From Anaerovoracaceae bacterium (GTDB lineage: Bacteria; Bacillota; Clostridia; Peptostreptococcales; Anaerovoracaceae): 64,000 nucleotides of DNA. Shown in pieces: positions 17,797-27,457 of the stretch (position 1 is its first letter; every line of letters starts with the position of its first letter). The notes beneath the pieces were generated by a model. It made no database searches. It was not told the DNA's origin and saw nothing but the letters and a program-made list of their open reading frames with translations. The stretch spans positions 1,766 through 65,765 of the forward strand of contig JAZQCD010000010.1 of NCBI GenBank assembly GCA_045546135.1. The letters run 5' to 3'. The position numbers were made by a program, and so were the translations under genes.

Positions 17797-18960
17797 ATGG
17801 GTAAGAAAAGAGTATTTGTCATAGTTCTTGACAGCTACGGCATAGGAGAGATGCCCGACGCATACAAGTGGGGAGACGAGGGGAGCAATACTTTAGGAGC
17901 GATCAGAGATCTTCCTGAGTTCGACTGCCCCAATTTAAAGGACCTCGGACTTTTCAATATCGAAGGAGTCGGCGGAGGAATAAAGGACCCAAAAGGATCC
18001 TTTGCAAGGATGACAGAGCTTTCCGCAGGAAAAGATACTACAACCGGCCATTGGGAAATGGCAGGCCTTATCTCAAGAGAGCCTTTTCCCACCTTCCCTG
18101 AGGGTTTCCCAAAGGAGATAGTAGGTAAGCTTGAAGCAGCCTGGGGAAGAGGGACTCTTTGCAACAAGCCATATTCCGGCACCGACGTCATAAGGGACTA
18201 TGGAAAAGAGCATGTGGAAACAGGAAAGCTCATCATATACACATCGGCTGATTCTGTCCTTCAGATAGCAGCTCATGAGGACGTAGTTCCCATAGATGAA
18301 CTTTACAGATATTGCGAACAGGCAAGAGAAATAATGCAGGGCGAGTTTGGAGTCGGCAGGATCATAGCAAGGCCTTTTGAAGGCGAGTGGCCCTACAAAA
18401 GGACAGTAAGGCGTCATGACTTTTCACTTGAACCGTCAAGGACCATGCTGGACGTCCTTAAGGAAAAGGGACTTGACGTCATATCCGTAGGAAAGATCTA
18501 CGATATATTTGCAGGAAAGGGTCTTACTGAGAGCAATCGGACCGTAAGCAACATGGACGGCATGGACAAAACTATGCTCATCGCGCAAAGGGATTTTGAA
18601 GGTCTTTGCTTTGTCAACCTTGTGGAGTTCGACATGACCTACGGCCACAGAAACGATGCGCCTGGTTACGCGCAGGCTTCTACTACCTTTGACATGCAGC
18701 TTGGACTTCTAAAGCCGCTTTTAAGAGAAGACGACCTTCTCTTTATAACCGCAGATCACGGATGCGATCCTTCAACGCCGTCAACGGACCACAGCAGAGA
18801 ATATGTGCCCATGCTTGCATACGGCAAAAAGGTAAAGGAAGGTGTAGATCTTGGTACTCTTTCCACTTTTGCGGATCTGTCTGCTACCATACTCGAGTAT
18901 TTCGGAGAAGAGCCTCTTTGCCCTGAATCAAAGAGTTTTCTTAAAGAGATACTGAAATAA
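17797..18960 (+). CDS. deoB: phosphopentomutase
   Basis: KRVFVIVLDSYGIGEMPDA and ADHGCDP motifs. The ATG at 17797 is preferred to the TTG at 17785 (RBS GGTGAG). Confidence 0.9.
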   Translation: MGKKRVFVIVLDSYGIGEMPDAYKWGDEGSNTLGAIRDLPEFDCPNLKDLGLFNIEGVGGGIKDPKGSFARMTELSAGKDTTTGHWEMAGLISREPFPTFPEGFPKEIVGKLEAAWGRGTLCNKPYSGTDVIRDYGKEHVETGKLIIYTSADSVLQIAAHEDVVPIDELYRYCEQAREIMQGEFGVGRIIARPFEGEWPYKRTVRRHDFSLEPSRTMLDVLKEKGLDVISVGKIYDIFAGKGLTESNRTVSNMDGMDKTMLIAQRDFEGLCFVNLVEFDMTYGHRNDAPGYAQASTTFDMQLGLLKPLLREDDLLFITADHGCDPSTPSTDHSREYVPMLAYGKKVKEGVDLGTLSTFADLSATILEYFGEEPLCPESKSFLKEILK

Positions 18961-19002
18961 AGTCGAAAAGAGATATCATCCAGAACATATGGATACAAAA
19001 AA

Positions 19003-19036
19003 GGCTTCAACGAGGACGTTGAGGCCTTTGATTTTT
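19003..19036. terminator. bidirectional terminator between deoB and the convergent MATE gene
   Basis: GGCTTCAACG-AGGA-CGTTGAGGCC, flanked by an A-run upstream and a T-run downstream. Confidence 0.7.
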
Positions 19037-20441
19037 AATTCGTATTTTCGCCTACCAGGTTGTTTACCCAGACCCTCTTCTTTACAAGAGTCACTCCTAT
19101 GACGAACTTTATGATATTTGATCCGAAAATTATGGCGTACATGTATATGATATTGAGATCTGTAAGCTTGAGAAGAGCAAATGCTATTGGTATGGTTATC
19201 GCCCAGGCATAGCAGCAGTCAAAGAGGAAGGTGAGCATGGTCTTTCCTCCGCATCTCATTGTAAAGTAGCATCCTGTCACCGTCGCATCCATTGGCATGA
19301 GCACAGCTGAGATCCTTATGAACGTAGTAGCAAGGTGCTTTACCTGATCTGTCGTATTGTAGATATTTGCTATGGCAGGAGCTGATATGAAGGTGATGAC
19401 CGCAAGTATCATGGTCATGCCGCTTATGAGAGCTATTATCTTCCTGTCTGTATCCACAGCCTCTTCCATGTCGCCCTTTCCAAGAGCATGACCTACTATG
19501 ATGCCGAGAGAATTGCCCATGGCCATATACAGAGTCAAAAAGAGGTTTATGGCAGTCGATGATATATTTACGGAAGGTACTACTTCTATGCCCCTTTGAG
19601 ACATGATCTGGTTGAGCACTGTCTGGCTCGAGGACCAGAGTATCTCATTTGCAAAGAGAGGAGCTGCCGTAATGAAGACCTGCTTCAGCATCTCGCCTTT
19701 TATATCAAGCCTTGAGAACATGTCCTTTGTAAAGGGCGCAAGCTCTTTATGGCTGTGGGCCCATATCATATTCATGAGGCATTCTGCGGCTCTCGATATA
19801 TTGGTCGCAATGGCTGCTCCGATAACCCCTAAAGCAGGAAATCCAAGTTTACCGTATATGAGTATGTAGTTTAGTACAAGGTTTAAAAACACTGCGATGA
19901 TGCCTGCTCTCATTGGAGGCTTCGCATGCCCTGTCTCTCTTAATGTTGATGCGTAGGCTTGGCTAAGGCCAAAGAAGGGAAGTCCTATGACTATGACAGA
20001 AAGGTAGCTTTTTGCATATTCAAAGGTCATATTGAGGTCAAGGCCCGATTCTCCTTCGTGAAGGTAAAGCCAGATGAGTCTGTCTCCAAAGGAAAGGAGC
20101 ACAAAGATGGCAATGGTTATGAATACGGTCACGCAAATGAGCTTTATCCTGAAAGTCTTTCTTTCTCCTGTTTCGTCTCCCTTGCCGTGGTATTGGGCAG
20201 TGAATATGCCTATTCCTGCCACCATGCCAAAGAGTCCGAGGTTGACTACGAAAAGGAGCTGGTTCACTATGGCAACTCCGGACATGGGTTCTGTGCCCGT
20301 CTGTCCTACCATTATATTGTCAAGTAAGTTCACGAAAGTGGTGATGACGTTTTGCACCATTATGGGCAAAGCAACCGCAAAGACCCTTGCGTAAAAGTCC
20401 TTTGATCCTATGAATTTTTCTCTGAATGTAAGTTTTTCCAT
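19035..20441 (-). CDS. MATE-family efflux transporter
   Basis: 468 aa with 12 predicted TM segments. The N-terminus (FARVFAVALPIMVQNVITTFVNLLDNIMVGQ) is typical of MATE. Confidence 0.9.
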   Translation of the reverse strand: MEKLTFREKFIGSKDFYARVFAVALPIMVQNVITTFVNLLDNIMVGQTGTEPMSGVAIVNQLLFVVNLGLFGMVAGIGIFTAQYHGKGDETGERKTFRIKLICVTVFITIAIFVLLSFGDRLIWLYLHEGESGLDLNMTFEYAKSYLSVIVIGLPFFGLSQAYASTLRETGHAKPPMRAGIIAVFLNLVLNYILIYGKLGFPALGVIGAAIATNISRAAECLMNMIWAHSHKELAPFTKDMFSRLDIKGEMLKQVFITAAPLFANEILWSSSQTVLNQIMSQRGIEVVPSVNISSTAINLFLTLYMAMGNSLGIIVGHALGKGDMEEAVDTDRKIIALISGMTMILAVITFISAPAIANIYNTTDQVKHLATTFIRISAVLMPMDATVTGCYFTMRCGGKTMLTFLFDCCYAWAITIPIAFALLKLTDLNIIYMYAIIFGSNIIKFVIGVTLVKKRVWVNNLVGENTN

Positions 20442-20732
20442 CGCGCATGGATTGTATCATTATTGATATATGCAGTCAACGAAAAGGATGGCTTTGCACC
20501 TTCTAAGGAACATCGAGGGAAAATAAAAGGTGCTGCTCTCAGGGGACAGGAGAAAAAAAAGTTTTAAAAAAATACACAAATGTACCGCTAAGACCCCATA
20601 TCTTTGAGAATATAGGCCTATTCTTTGAATTAGTATTGTTGTGTAAAAAAAATGTCTTTGATATAATATTAAAGGTTACGATGTATATAACGTAACGATA
20701 TATATAATCTTTATTAAAAGGAGAGAAACAAA

Positions 20733-21818
20733 ATGAAGAAAGTATTGGCAGTTCTTCTCGCACTTGCAATGGTATTCTGCCTTGCAGCATGCGGAAAAGG
20801 CGGCGAAAAAGAACCGACTCAGGAAACATATGAGATCGCGTTCGTAACAGACGTAGGCCAGCTCATGGACGGTTCCTTCAACCAGGGAACATGGGAAGGC
20901 GTTGAGAACTACGCTAAGGCAAACAACAAGACCTACAAGTACTATCAGCCGGCAAACGGTTCTGAAGCAACAGACGATGACCGTTATGAGGCAATGAAGG
21001 CAGCTGTTGACAACGGCGCAAAGATTGTTGTCTGCGCAGGATTCCTTCAGGATGCAGCACTTGAGAAGATCGCAGCTGAAGCAACAGACGTTTCCTTCGT
21101 ATTCATCGATGGTTGGCCCACAGGACTTGCAAACATCGCAGGTATCGCATTCAAAGAAGAACAGTGCGGATATCTTGCAGGTTATGCAGTAGTTAAAGAA
21201 GGCTACACCAAGCTCGGATATTCCGGCGGCGGCGGCGGAGACAATGCAGCATGCTGCAGATACGGCTATGGATTCGTTCAGGGCGCAAACGATGCAGCAA
21301 AGGAACTCGGAAAGACAGTTGACATCAACTACACATGGCAGTATGGCGCAACATTCAGCCCATCCACAGAGCTCAAGACTCTCATGGACGGTTGGTATTC
21401 CGGCGGAACTGAGATCGTATTCGCAGCAGGCGGAAAGATCTCCGATTCCATCTTCCAGGCAGCAGAAGAGCACGACGGCAAGGGTATCGGCGTTGACGTA
21501 GACCAGAGCGCACAGTATCCAGGCGTTGTTATCACATCTGCACTCAAGGGACTTTCTGCAGCTGTAGAATGGGCTCTTGACAAGTTCTATGCAGGCAACT
21601 TCTCTGAGATCGCTAACGTTCCTATCAGCCTTGGTGCTGCAGAAGGATCCGTTGGACTCCCGACAGAGACATGGATGCTCAAGAACTACACAGTTGAAGA
21701 ATATCAGGCACTTCTTGCAAAGATCGTTGACGGTTCACTCGTTGTCGACAACACTCTCTATGCAGGAGACTCCATCACAGGCGTAAGCTTCTCCAACGTA
21801 AACGTTCACTACTATTAA
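20733..21818 (+). CDS. BMP-family (PnrA/Med-like) nucleoside-binding lipoprotein, ABC substrate-binding component
   Basis: Signal peptide with lipobox LAAC-G, followed by IAFVTDVGQLMDGSFNQ, which is typical of the basic membrane protein family. Confidence 0.9.
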   Translation: MKKVLAVLLALAMVFCLAACGKGGEKEPTQETYEIAFVTDVGQLMDGSFNQGTWEGVENYAKANNKTYKYYQPANGSEATDDDRYEAMKAAVDNGAKIVVCAGFLQDAALEKIAAEATDVSFVFIDGWPTGLANIAGIAFKEEQCGYLAGYAVVKEGYTKLGYSGGGGGDNAACCRYGYGFVQGANDAAKELGKTVDINYTWQYGATFSPSTELKTLMDGWYSGGTEIVFAAGGKISDSIFQAAEEHDGKGIGVDVDQSAQYPGVVITSALKGLSAAVEWALDKFYAGNFSEIANVPISLGAAEGSVGLPTETWMLKNYTVEEYQALLAKIVDGSLVVDNTLYAGDSITGVSFSNVNVHYY

Positions 21819-21834
21819 AGAATACTGAACCTAT

Positions 21835-21885
21835 AGAGGGTGTCCCCTCGGTCTTTATGAGGCTAAAAGGGACACCCTCTTTTTT
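21835..21885 (+). terminator. intra-operon hairpin terminator/attenuator between the binding-protein gene and the ABC ATPase gene
   Basis: AGAGGGTGTCCC (21835-21846) pairs with GGGACACCCTCT (21869-21880) and is followed by TTTTTT. Confidence 0.7.
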
Positions 21886-21911
21886 AAAGATGAAAGGAAG
21901 GAGAATTACAT

Positions 21912-23492
21912 ATGGCAGAGAATGAATATGTCATTGAGATGCTCCATATTACGAAAAGGTTCCCCGGTATCGTAGCAAACGATGATATCACCCTGCAGCT
22001 CAAAAAAGGCGAGATACATGCACTCCTTGGTGAAAACGGGGCAGGAAAATCGACTCTCATGTCGGTACTTTTCGGTCTCTATCAGCCGGAAGAAGGCGAG
22101 ATAAAGAAAAACGGTGAAGTAGTCAAGATAAACAGCCCAAACGATGCTACGGCGCTTCACATAGGGATGGTCCATCAGCACTTCAAGCTGGTGGAAGTCT
22201 TTACTGTTCTTGATAATATAATCTTAGGCGCAGAGGATACCAAACTCGGTTTCCTCCAAAAGAAGACCGCAAGGAAGAAAGTAAAAGAGCTTTCTGAAAA
22301 ATACGGACTTCATGTCGATCTGGATGCCAAGGTCGAGAATATCACCGTCGGCATGCAGCAAAGAACGGAAATACTCAAGATGCTCTACAGAGATAATGAG
22401 ATCCTCATCTTCGACGAACCTACGGCGGTACTTACTCCGCAGGAGATAGATGAGCTCATGATCATCATGAAGAACCTGGCCGCAGAAGGCAAGAGCATCC
22501 TGTTCATATCGCATAAATTAAACGAGATCATGGCCGTTGCAGACAGAGTCACAGTGCTTCGTAAAGGAAAGTACATAGGCACTGTCAATACGAAGGATAC
22601 AAACAAGCAGGAACTTTCCAACATGATGGTAGGCCGTCCCGTTCAGCTTCAGGTCGTAAAGGATGAAGCAAAACCGGGCGAAAAGGTCCTTGAGGTAGAG
22701 GACTTTACAGTTCCTTCTGATGTCCACAAAGGAGATGCAGTAAAGCACATATCCTTCGATGCAAGAAGCGGCGAGATACTCTGCATAGCCGGTATAGACG
22801 GTAACGGACAGACAGAGTTTATACACGGTCTTACAGGACTTTCAAAGTCATCAGGAAAGGTAACTCTTTGCGGAGAGGATATCTCAAAGTACAGCATCAG
22901 AAAACGCTCTGCAAACATGAGCCATATACCGGAAGACAGGCACAAGCACGGCCTTGTCCTTGACTTCAGCCTTGAAGACAATATGGTCCTTCAGCGCTTT
23001 AGAGAAACTCCCTTCCAAAAGGGCGGCTTCATAGACAGAGCGGAAGTCAGAAAATACTCCGACAAACTGATCGAAGAATACGACGTGCGTTCAGGCCAGG
23101 GTTCCATCACCCAGGCAAGATCCATGTCGGGAGGCAACCAGCAAAAAGCTATCATAGCAAGAGAGCTTGACAGAGACAAAAAGCTGGTCGTTGCCGTACA
23201 GCCCACAAGAGGCCTTGACGTAGGAGCCATAGAATTCATCCATGCTCAGCTAGTCAAGGAAAGAGACGAGGGCAAAGCCATACTTCTCGTATCCTTAGAG
23301 CTCGACGAGGTACTCAGCCTTTCAGACAGGATACTGGTCATGTACGAAGGCGAGATCGTAGGAGAATTCCTCTCAAAGGATGTAACTGCTCAGGAACTCG
23401 GACTCTACATGTCAGGAGCTAAGAGGATGGGCGAAGAAGAGATGGAAAAAGTAGAAGAAAAGGAACTGGAAGGAGGAAGAAAAGATGCCTAA
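21912..23492 (+). CDS. ABC transporter ATP-binding protein with duplicated ATPase domains (nucleoside/sugar importer type)
   Basis: 526 aa with two ATPase domains: GENGAGKST with LSGGNQQK-type signatures, and FDEPT. Confidence 0.9.
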   Translation: MAENEYVIEMLHITKRFPGIVANDDITLQLKKGEIHALLGENGAGKSTLMSVLFGLYQPEEGEIKKNGEVVKINSPNDATALHIGMVHQHFKLVEVFTVLDNIILGAEDTKLGFLQKKTARKKVKELSEKYGLHVDLDAKVENITVGMQQRTEILKMLYRDNEILIFDEPTAVLTPQEIDELMIIMKNLAAEGKSILFISHKLNEIMAVADRVTVLRKGKYIGTVNTKDTNKQELSNMMVGRPVQLQVVKDEAKPGEKVLEVEDFTVPSDVHKGDAVKHISFDARSGEILCIAGIDGNGQTEFIHGLTGLSKSSGKVTLCGEDISKYSIRKRSANMSHIPEDRHKHGLVLDFSLEDNMVLQRFRETPFQKGGFIDRAEVRKYSDKLIEEYDVRSGQGSITQARSMSGGNQQKAIIARELDRDKKLVVAVQPTRGLDVGAIEFIHAQLVKERDEGKAILLVSLELDEVLSLSDRILVMYEGEIVGEFLSKDVTAQELGLYMSGAKRMGEEEMEKVEEKELEGGRKDA

Positions 23493-24735
23493 GACAGATA
23501 AAAAAGGCCTGATGAAACAGGAAAAACAAGGCTCAAAGACCCTCCTTGCATCCCTTATTTCCATAGTAATAGGAATGCTCGTAGGAGCCATAGTAGTTCT
23601 CATCGTAGGAAGCGCTTCTCCTGATATAAGCGGCAAGGGTACACTAGACGGCATCAAGCTCATACTCTTTGGACTCTTCAATACAGGAAGGGATTCTGCA
23701 GGAACTCTTACATTTGGATTCAACGGAGTCAATATAGGAAACATGCTCTTTAGAGCAACTCCCATCATCCTTACAGGACTTTCCGTTGCCATAGCAAACC
23801 AGACAGGACTTTTCAATATAGGAGCACCGGGTCAGTACCTTGTGGGTACCTGCGTCAGCCTCTATACTGCATTGTCAATTCCTTCTGACAAAGTTCCGCC
23901 TGCGCTCATCTGGCTCATTGCATTCGTTGCAGCGATCCTGGCAGGAGCTCTTTGGGGAGCTATCCCGGGGATGCTAAAAGCCTTCCTCAACATTAACGAG
24001 GTCATCGCATGCATCATGTGCAACTGGATCGCAGCAAACCTTGTCACATGGATATTCGATGAGAGCAATCTCAAGAATACAGTAGAAGGAACAAAGACAG
24101 CATATATCTACAAGACTACATACAACAACGTGGCAACAGCCAAGATGGGTCTTGACAAGATATTCCCGGGATCTCAGGTAAACGGAGGATTCATCATCGC
24201 AGTAATCTTTTGTATCCTTGGCTGGGTAGTCATGTCAAAGACCACCTTCGGATATCAGCTCAAAGCCTGCGGCGCAAACAGACATGCCGCAAAATACGCT
24301 GGTATACCGGACAGAAGGAACATAGTTCTTTCCATGGCCATAGCAGGAGGCCTCGCATCCTCTGCAGGAGCTCTTTACTACCTTGCAGGTAATACAGAAT
24401 TCTTCTGGTCTACATACCAGAGCCTTCCGGCAGCAGGATTCACAGGAATAGCCGTTGCTCTCCTTGCAGTGAACAATCCAATCGGAGTCATATTTGCAGG
24501 AAGCTTCATGTCCATGCTCAATGTATGCGGATCGCAGCTTACCTTCCTTACGCCTTTCAATGAATACATCACGGACGTTATCATAGCCGTTATCGTATAT
24601 ATCTCAGCATTCTCCCTGCTCATCAGAATGCTGCTCACCTCAAGGAAGGCAAAGCAGTACGACAAGCGTGACGGCGGAGAGCTGAAGGCGGAACCTGCCA
24701 AAGCAGAGCCCGCTGCAGAAGGAAAGGAGGCTTAG
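23485..24735 (+). CDS. ABC transporter permease
   Basis: A 416-aa polytopic protein that overlaps the ATPase gene by 8 nt. Confidence 0.85.
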   Translation: MPKTDKKGLMKQEKQGSKTLLASLISIVIGMLVGAIVVLIVGSASPDISGKGTLDGIKLILFGLFNTGRDSAGTLTFGFNGVNIGNMLFRATPIILTGLSVAIANQTGLFNIGAPGQYLVGTCVSLYTALSIPSDKVPPALIWLIAFVAAILAGALWGAIPGMLKAFLNINEVIACIMCNWIAANLVTWIFDESNLKNTVEGTKTAYIYKTTYNNVATAKMGLDKIFPGSQVNGGFIIAVIFCILGWVVMSKTTFGYQLKACGANRHAAKYAGIPDRRNIVLSMAIAGGLASSAGALYYLAGNTEFFWSTYQSLPAAGFTGIAVALLAVNNPIGVIFAGSFMSMLNVCGSQLTFLTPFNEYITDVIIAVIVYISAFSLLIRMLLTSRKAKQYDKRDGGELKAEPAKAEPAAEGKEA

Positions 24736-24737
24736 GG

Positions 24738-25760
24738 ATGTCATTTCTTATCAGACAAACTTTGATGTTCGCCATTCCTCTTATGATCGTTGCTCTTGCA
24801 GGAGTATTCGCAGAGAGGAGCGGTGTCATAAACCTGGCTCTCGAAGGTACCATGATATTCGGAGCCTTCATGGGCGTAATATTCTGCCGCATACTTCAAA
24901 AGGGCGGTCTCTTTGAAGCAGCAAGAGCTGCTGAGAAATGGCAGGCACTCCAGGGATATCTCCTCCTGGCGCTTCTCTTTGTAGCATTGTCGGGAGCCGT
25001 GTTCTCGCTATTGCTTGCGGTGGCGGCCATAAACTTCTCAGGTAACCAGACCATCATCGGTACAGCTATGAACATGCTGGCGCCTGCCCTTGTACTTTTC
25101 CTTGTCAGGATCATAGCAAACCAGAATGCTCTCGGACTTCTCAACGGAGGTTCAGCTACATTCTTCATGATCAGGAAAGCAAACCTTGGAATAGAATCGG
25201 AAAGCTTCTTTGTTGAGACTTTCATAAACAGAGCATACCTTACGACTTACTTCTGCATATTGGTATTCGTGGTACTGTCCATAATACTTTACAAGACAAG
25301 ATTCGGACTCAGGCTCAGAGCCTGCGGTGAGAACCCTCAGGCAGCAGCTTCCCTTGGTATCAATGTCTTCAAGATGAGATACATAGGTACCATGATCTCA
25401 GGCGCGCTGGCAGGCATAGGCGGATTCGTATTTGCAGTAACTAGCGCTAATACCACTTCTAACGGTGATGTTGCAGGAACAGGATTCCTTGCTCTGGCTG
25501 TTATGATCTTCGGTAACTGGAAGCCCTTGAATATAGCATTCGATTCACTTCTCTTTGGACTTTTCAAGTGCATAGGCGCAAGCTACGCTACACTTGATAT
25601 AAACGGAGACGGTATCTATAAACTGGCTGAGATAGGCATCAGCCCACACTTCTACAGGATGATGCCATATATAATCACACTCATAGTATTGATGCTGACG
25701 TCAAAGAACTCCAGAGCTCCGAAGGCCGAAGGTATTCCTTACGATAAGGGAATGAGATAA
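24738..25760 (+). CDS. ABC transporter permease
   Basis: A 340-aa polytopic protein that starts 2 nt after the previous stop. Confidence 0.85.
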   Translation: MSFLIRQTLMFAIPLMIVALAGVFAERSGVINLALEGTMIFGAFMGVIFCRILQKGGLFEAARAAEKWQALQGYLLLALLFVALSGAVFSLLLAVAAINFSGNQTIIGTAMNMLAPALVLFLVRIIANQNALGLLNGGSATFFMIRKANLGIESESFFVETFINRAYLTTYFCILVFVVLSIILYKTRFGLRLRACGENPQAAASLGINVFKMRYIGTMISGALAGIGGFVFAVTSANTTSNGDVAGTGFLALAVMIFGNWKPLNIAFDSLLFGLFKCIGASYATLDINGDGIYKLAEIGISPHFYRMMPYIITLIVLMLTSKNSRAPKAEGIPYDKGMR

Positions 25761-25872
25761 ACCAAAGATAAGCAGGGCAGGCCAAAAAAGACCTGCCCTG
25801 TAGTGTCATTGATCAAAGAACAGTATTTTCTTAGCGCGAAAAGTAGAGAAAGAGCACATTTAGGAGAGTTTT

Positions 25873-26649
25873 ATGAACTACAAAAGTGATTATCAATATC
25901 ACATACAATGCAAGCCCGGTGACGTAGGAAGATACGTCATCATGCCGGGAGACCCCGGCCGCTGCGAATCCATAGCCAAGCTTTTTGATGACTATCATTT
26001 CGTAGCATACAACAGAGAATTCAAAACATATACAGGTACCCTGGACGGAGTAAAGGTAAGCGTATGCTCAACAGGCATAGGCGGACCTTCTGCATCCATA
26101 GCCATGGAGGAACTCCACGACCTTGGCGCAGACACCTTCATAAGGACAGGTACCTGCGGAGGCATCAACTTAGACGTTCAGGCAGACGATATAGTCGTTG
26201 CATCTGCTGCTGTGAGATTCGAACATACTTCCCTAGAGTATGCTCCCATAGAATATCCTGCAGTAGCTAACTTCGACATAACGGCATGCCTAAAACAGGC
26301 TTCTGAAGCCCTTGGTCACAGGACTCATGTAGGAGTCGTTCAGTGCAAGGATGCTTTCTACGGACAGCATTTCCCCGAAAGATCGCCTAATTCCTATGAA
26401 CTACTTCAGAAATGGGAAGCGTGGAAAAAACTCGGAGTCCTGGCATCGGAAATGGAGTCTGCAGCCATGTTCGTCGTAGCAGATGCTCTTGGCTGCCGCT
26501 GCGGATCTTGTTTCCACGTTGTATGGAACCAGGAAAGAGAGAATGCAGGTCTCGATCAGAAGATGACTGAAGATACATCTTCATCCGTAAAGACTGCAGT
26601 CGAGGGCTTAAGGCTCCTCATTGCAGAGGATAAAAAGTACGGACGCTGA
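25873..26649 (+). CDS. udp: uridine phosphorylase (PNP/UDP-1 family)
   Basis: It aligns by eye with E. coli Udp over its whole length ([31 protein letters not shown]). Confidence 0.85.
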   Translation: MNYKSDYQYHIQCKPGDVGRYVIMPGDPGRCESIAKLFDDYHFVAYNREFKTYTGTLDGVKVSVCSTGIGGPSASIAMEELHDLGADTFIRTGTCGGINLDVQADDIVVASAAVRFEHTSLEYAPIEYPAVANFDITACLKQASEALGHRTHVGVVQCKDAFYGQHFPERSPNSYELLQKWEAWKKLGVLASEMESAAMFVVADALGCRCGSCFHVVWNQERENAGLDQKMTEDTSSSVKTAVEGLRLLIAEDKKYGR

Positions 26650-26709
26650 TCTAAAAAATATAGATATCGTCTGTTTGCGATATTTTGGTCATTAAGTGAG
26701 GTGAAAATA

Positions 26710-27306
26710 ATGGCTGCAAAGCTATATTTCAAATACGGAGCCATGGGCAGTTCAAAAACAGCGCAGGCTCTCATAACCAAATTCAATTATGAGGAAAGGA
26801 ACATGAAGGTCCTCTTCCTTAAACCGTCCACTGATACAAGAGACGGAGCTGATATAGTAAGGTCAAGGATAGGTCTTGAATCAAAGGCTGTCGTAGTACC
26901 TCCCGAGCAAAACATCTGGGAACTTTTCAACGAGAAGTACACAGACTGCGATGCTGTCATAGTGGATGAGTGCCAGTTCCTTACTCCCGAGCAGGTAGAC
27001 CAGCTTGCTGACATAACCATAGACTTCGATGTAGCAGTCCTTTGCTTTGGACTTCGTACAGATGCATTCACTCACTTCTTCCCGGGAGCTCAAAGGCTCA
27101 TGGAGATAGCAGAGTCCATTACGGAGATCAAGATGGTCTGCGACTGCGGAGCAAAGGCATCCATCAACGCCAGATTCGACGGTGACGGAAATATAGTATT
27201 CGAAGGTGAACAGATAGCCTTAGGTGGAAACGACCGCTACAGAGCCATGTGCCGCAAATGCTGGACAAAGGCAAGAAGAGAATATCTAAAGAATAAAAGT
27301 AAATAA
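26710..27306 (+). CDS. tdk: thymidine kinase
   Basis: GAMGSSKT P-loop, VIVDECQFL, and a C-terminal zinc ribbon (CDCG...CRKC). The ATG at 26710 follows the RBS GAGGTG. Confidence 0.9.
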   Translation: MAAKLYFKYGAMGSSKTAQALITKFNYEERNMKVLFLKPSTDTRDGADIVRSRIGLESKAVVVPPEQNIWELFNEKYTDCDAVIVDECQFLTPEQVDQLADITIDFDVAVLCFGLRTDAFTHFFPGAQRLMEIAESITEIKMVCDCGAKASINARFDGDGNIVFEGEQIALGGNDRYRAMCRKCWTKARREYLKNKSK

Positions 27307-27315
27307 ACAAAGTAT

Positions 27316-27423
27316 CTCAAGCAGCGGTCATACCCCGTGACAAATGTTCCGAGGAGGCAGCCGAGACTACAGGCTCGGCGTCGGCTCCGAGACATTTGGA
27401 ATGGGCGTATGGCCGTGCTTGAG
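27316..27423 (+). other. long (about 108 nt) imperfect extended hairpin in the tdk-punA spacer
   Basis: Hand pairing gives 27316-27323/27416-27423, 27325-27336/27404-27415, 27341-27353/27385-27398 and an apical GCCGAG/CTCGGC (27360-27365/27374-27379). No T-run follows. Confidence 0.6.
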
Positions 27424-27457
27424 CAAATTGCAGTATTAAGGATCAGGAGGTTTTGAG

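Noticed and set aside
21224-21238. (GGC)n microsatellite
   Set aside because: There are only four GGC units plus GGA, and they encode a Gly5 linker inside the BMP lipoprotein. This is too short to be a credible phase-variation tract.
20676-21473. 265-aa Cys-rich minus-strand ORF overlapping the BMP lipoprotein gene
   Set aside because: It is the same antisense artefact as above. The plus-strand gene has a lipobox, an RBS and clear family motifs.
27316-27423. Purine or 2'-deoxyguanosine riboswitch upstream of punA
   Set aside because: The element folds as one continuous hairpin. I cannot find the three-way junction, the conserved loop-loop nucleotides or an expression platform typical of purine riboswitches.
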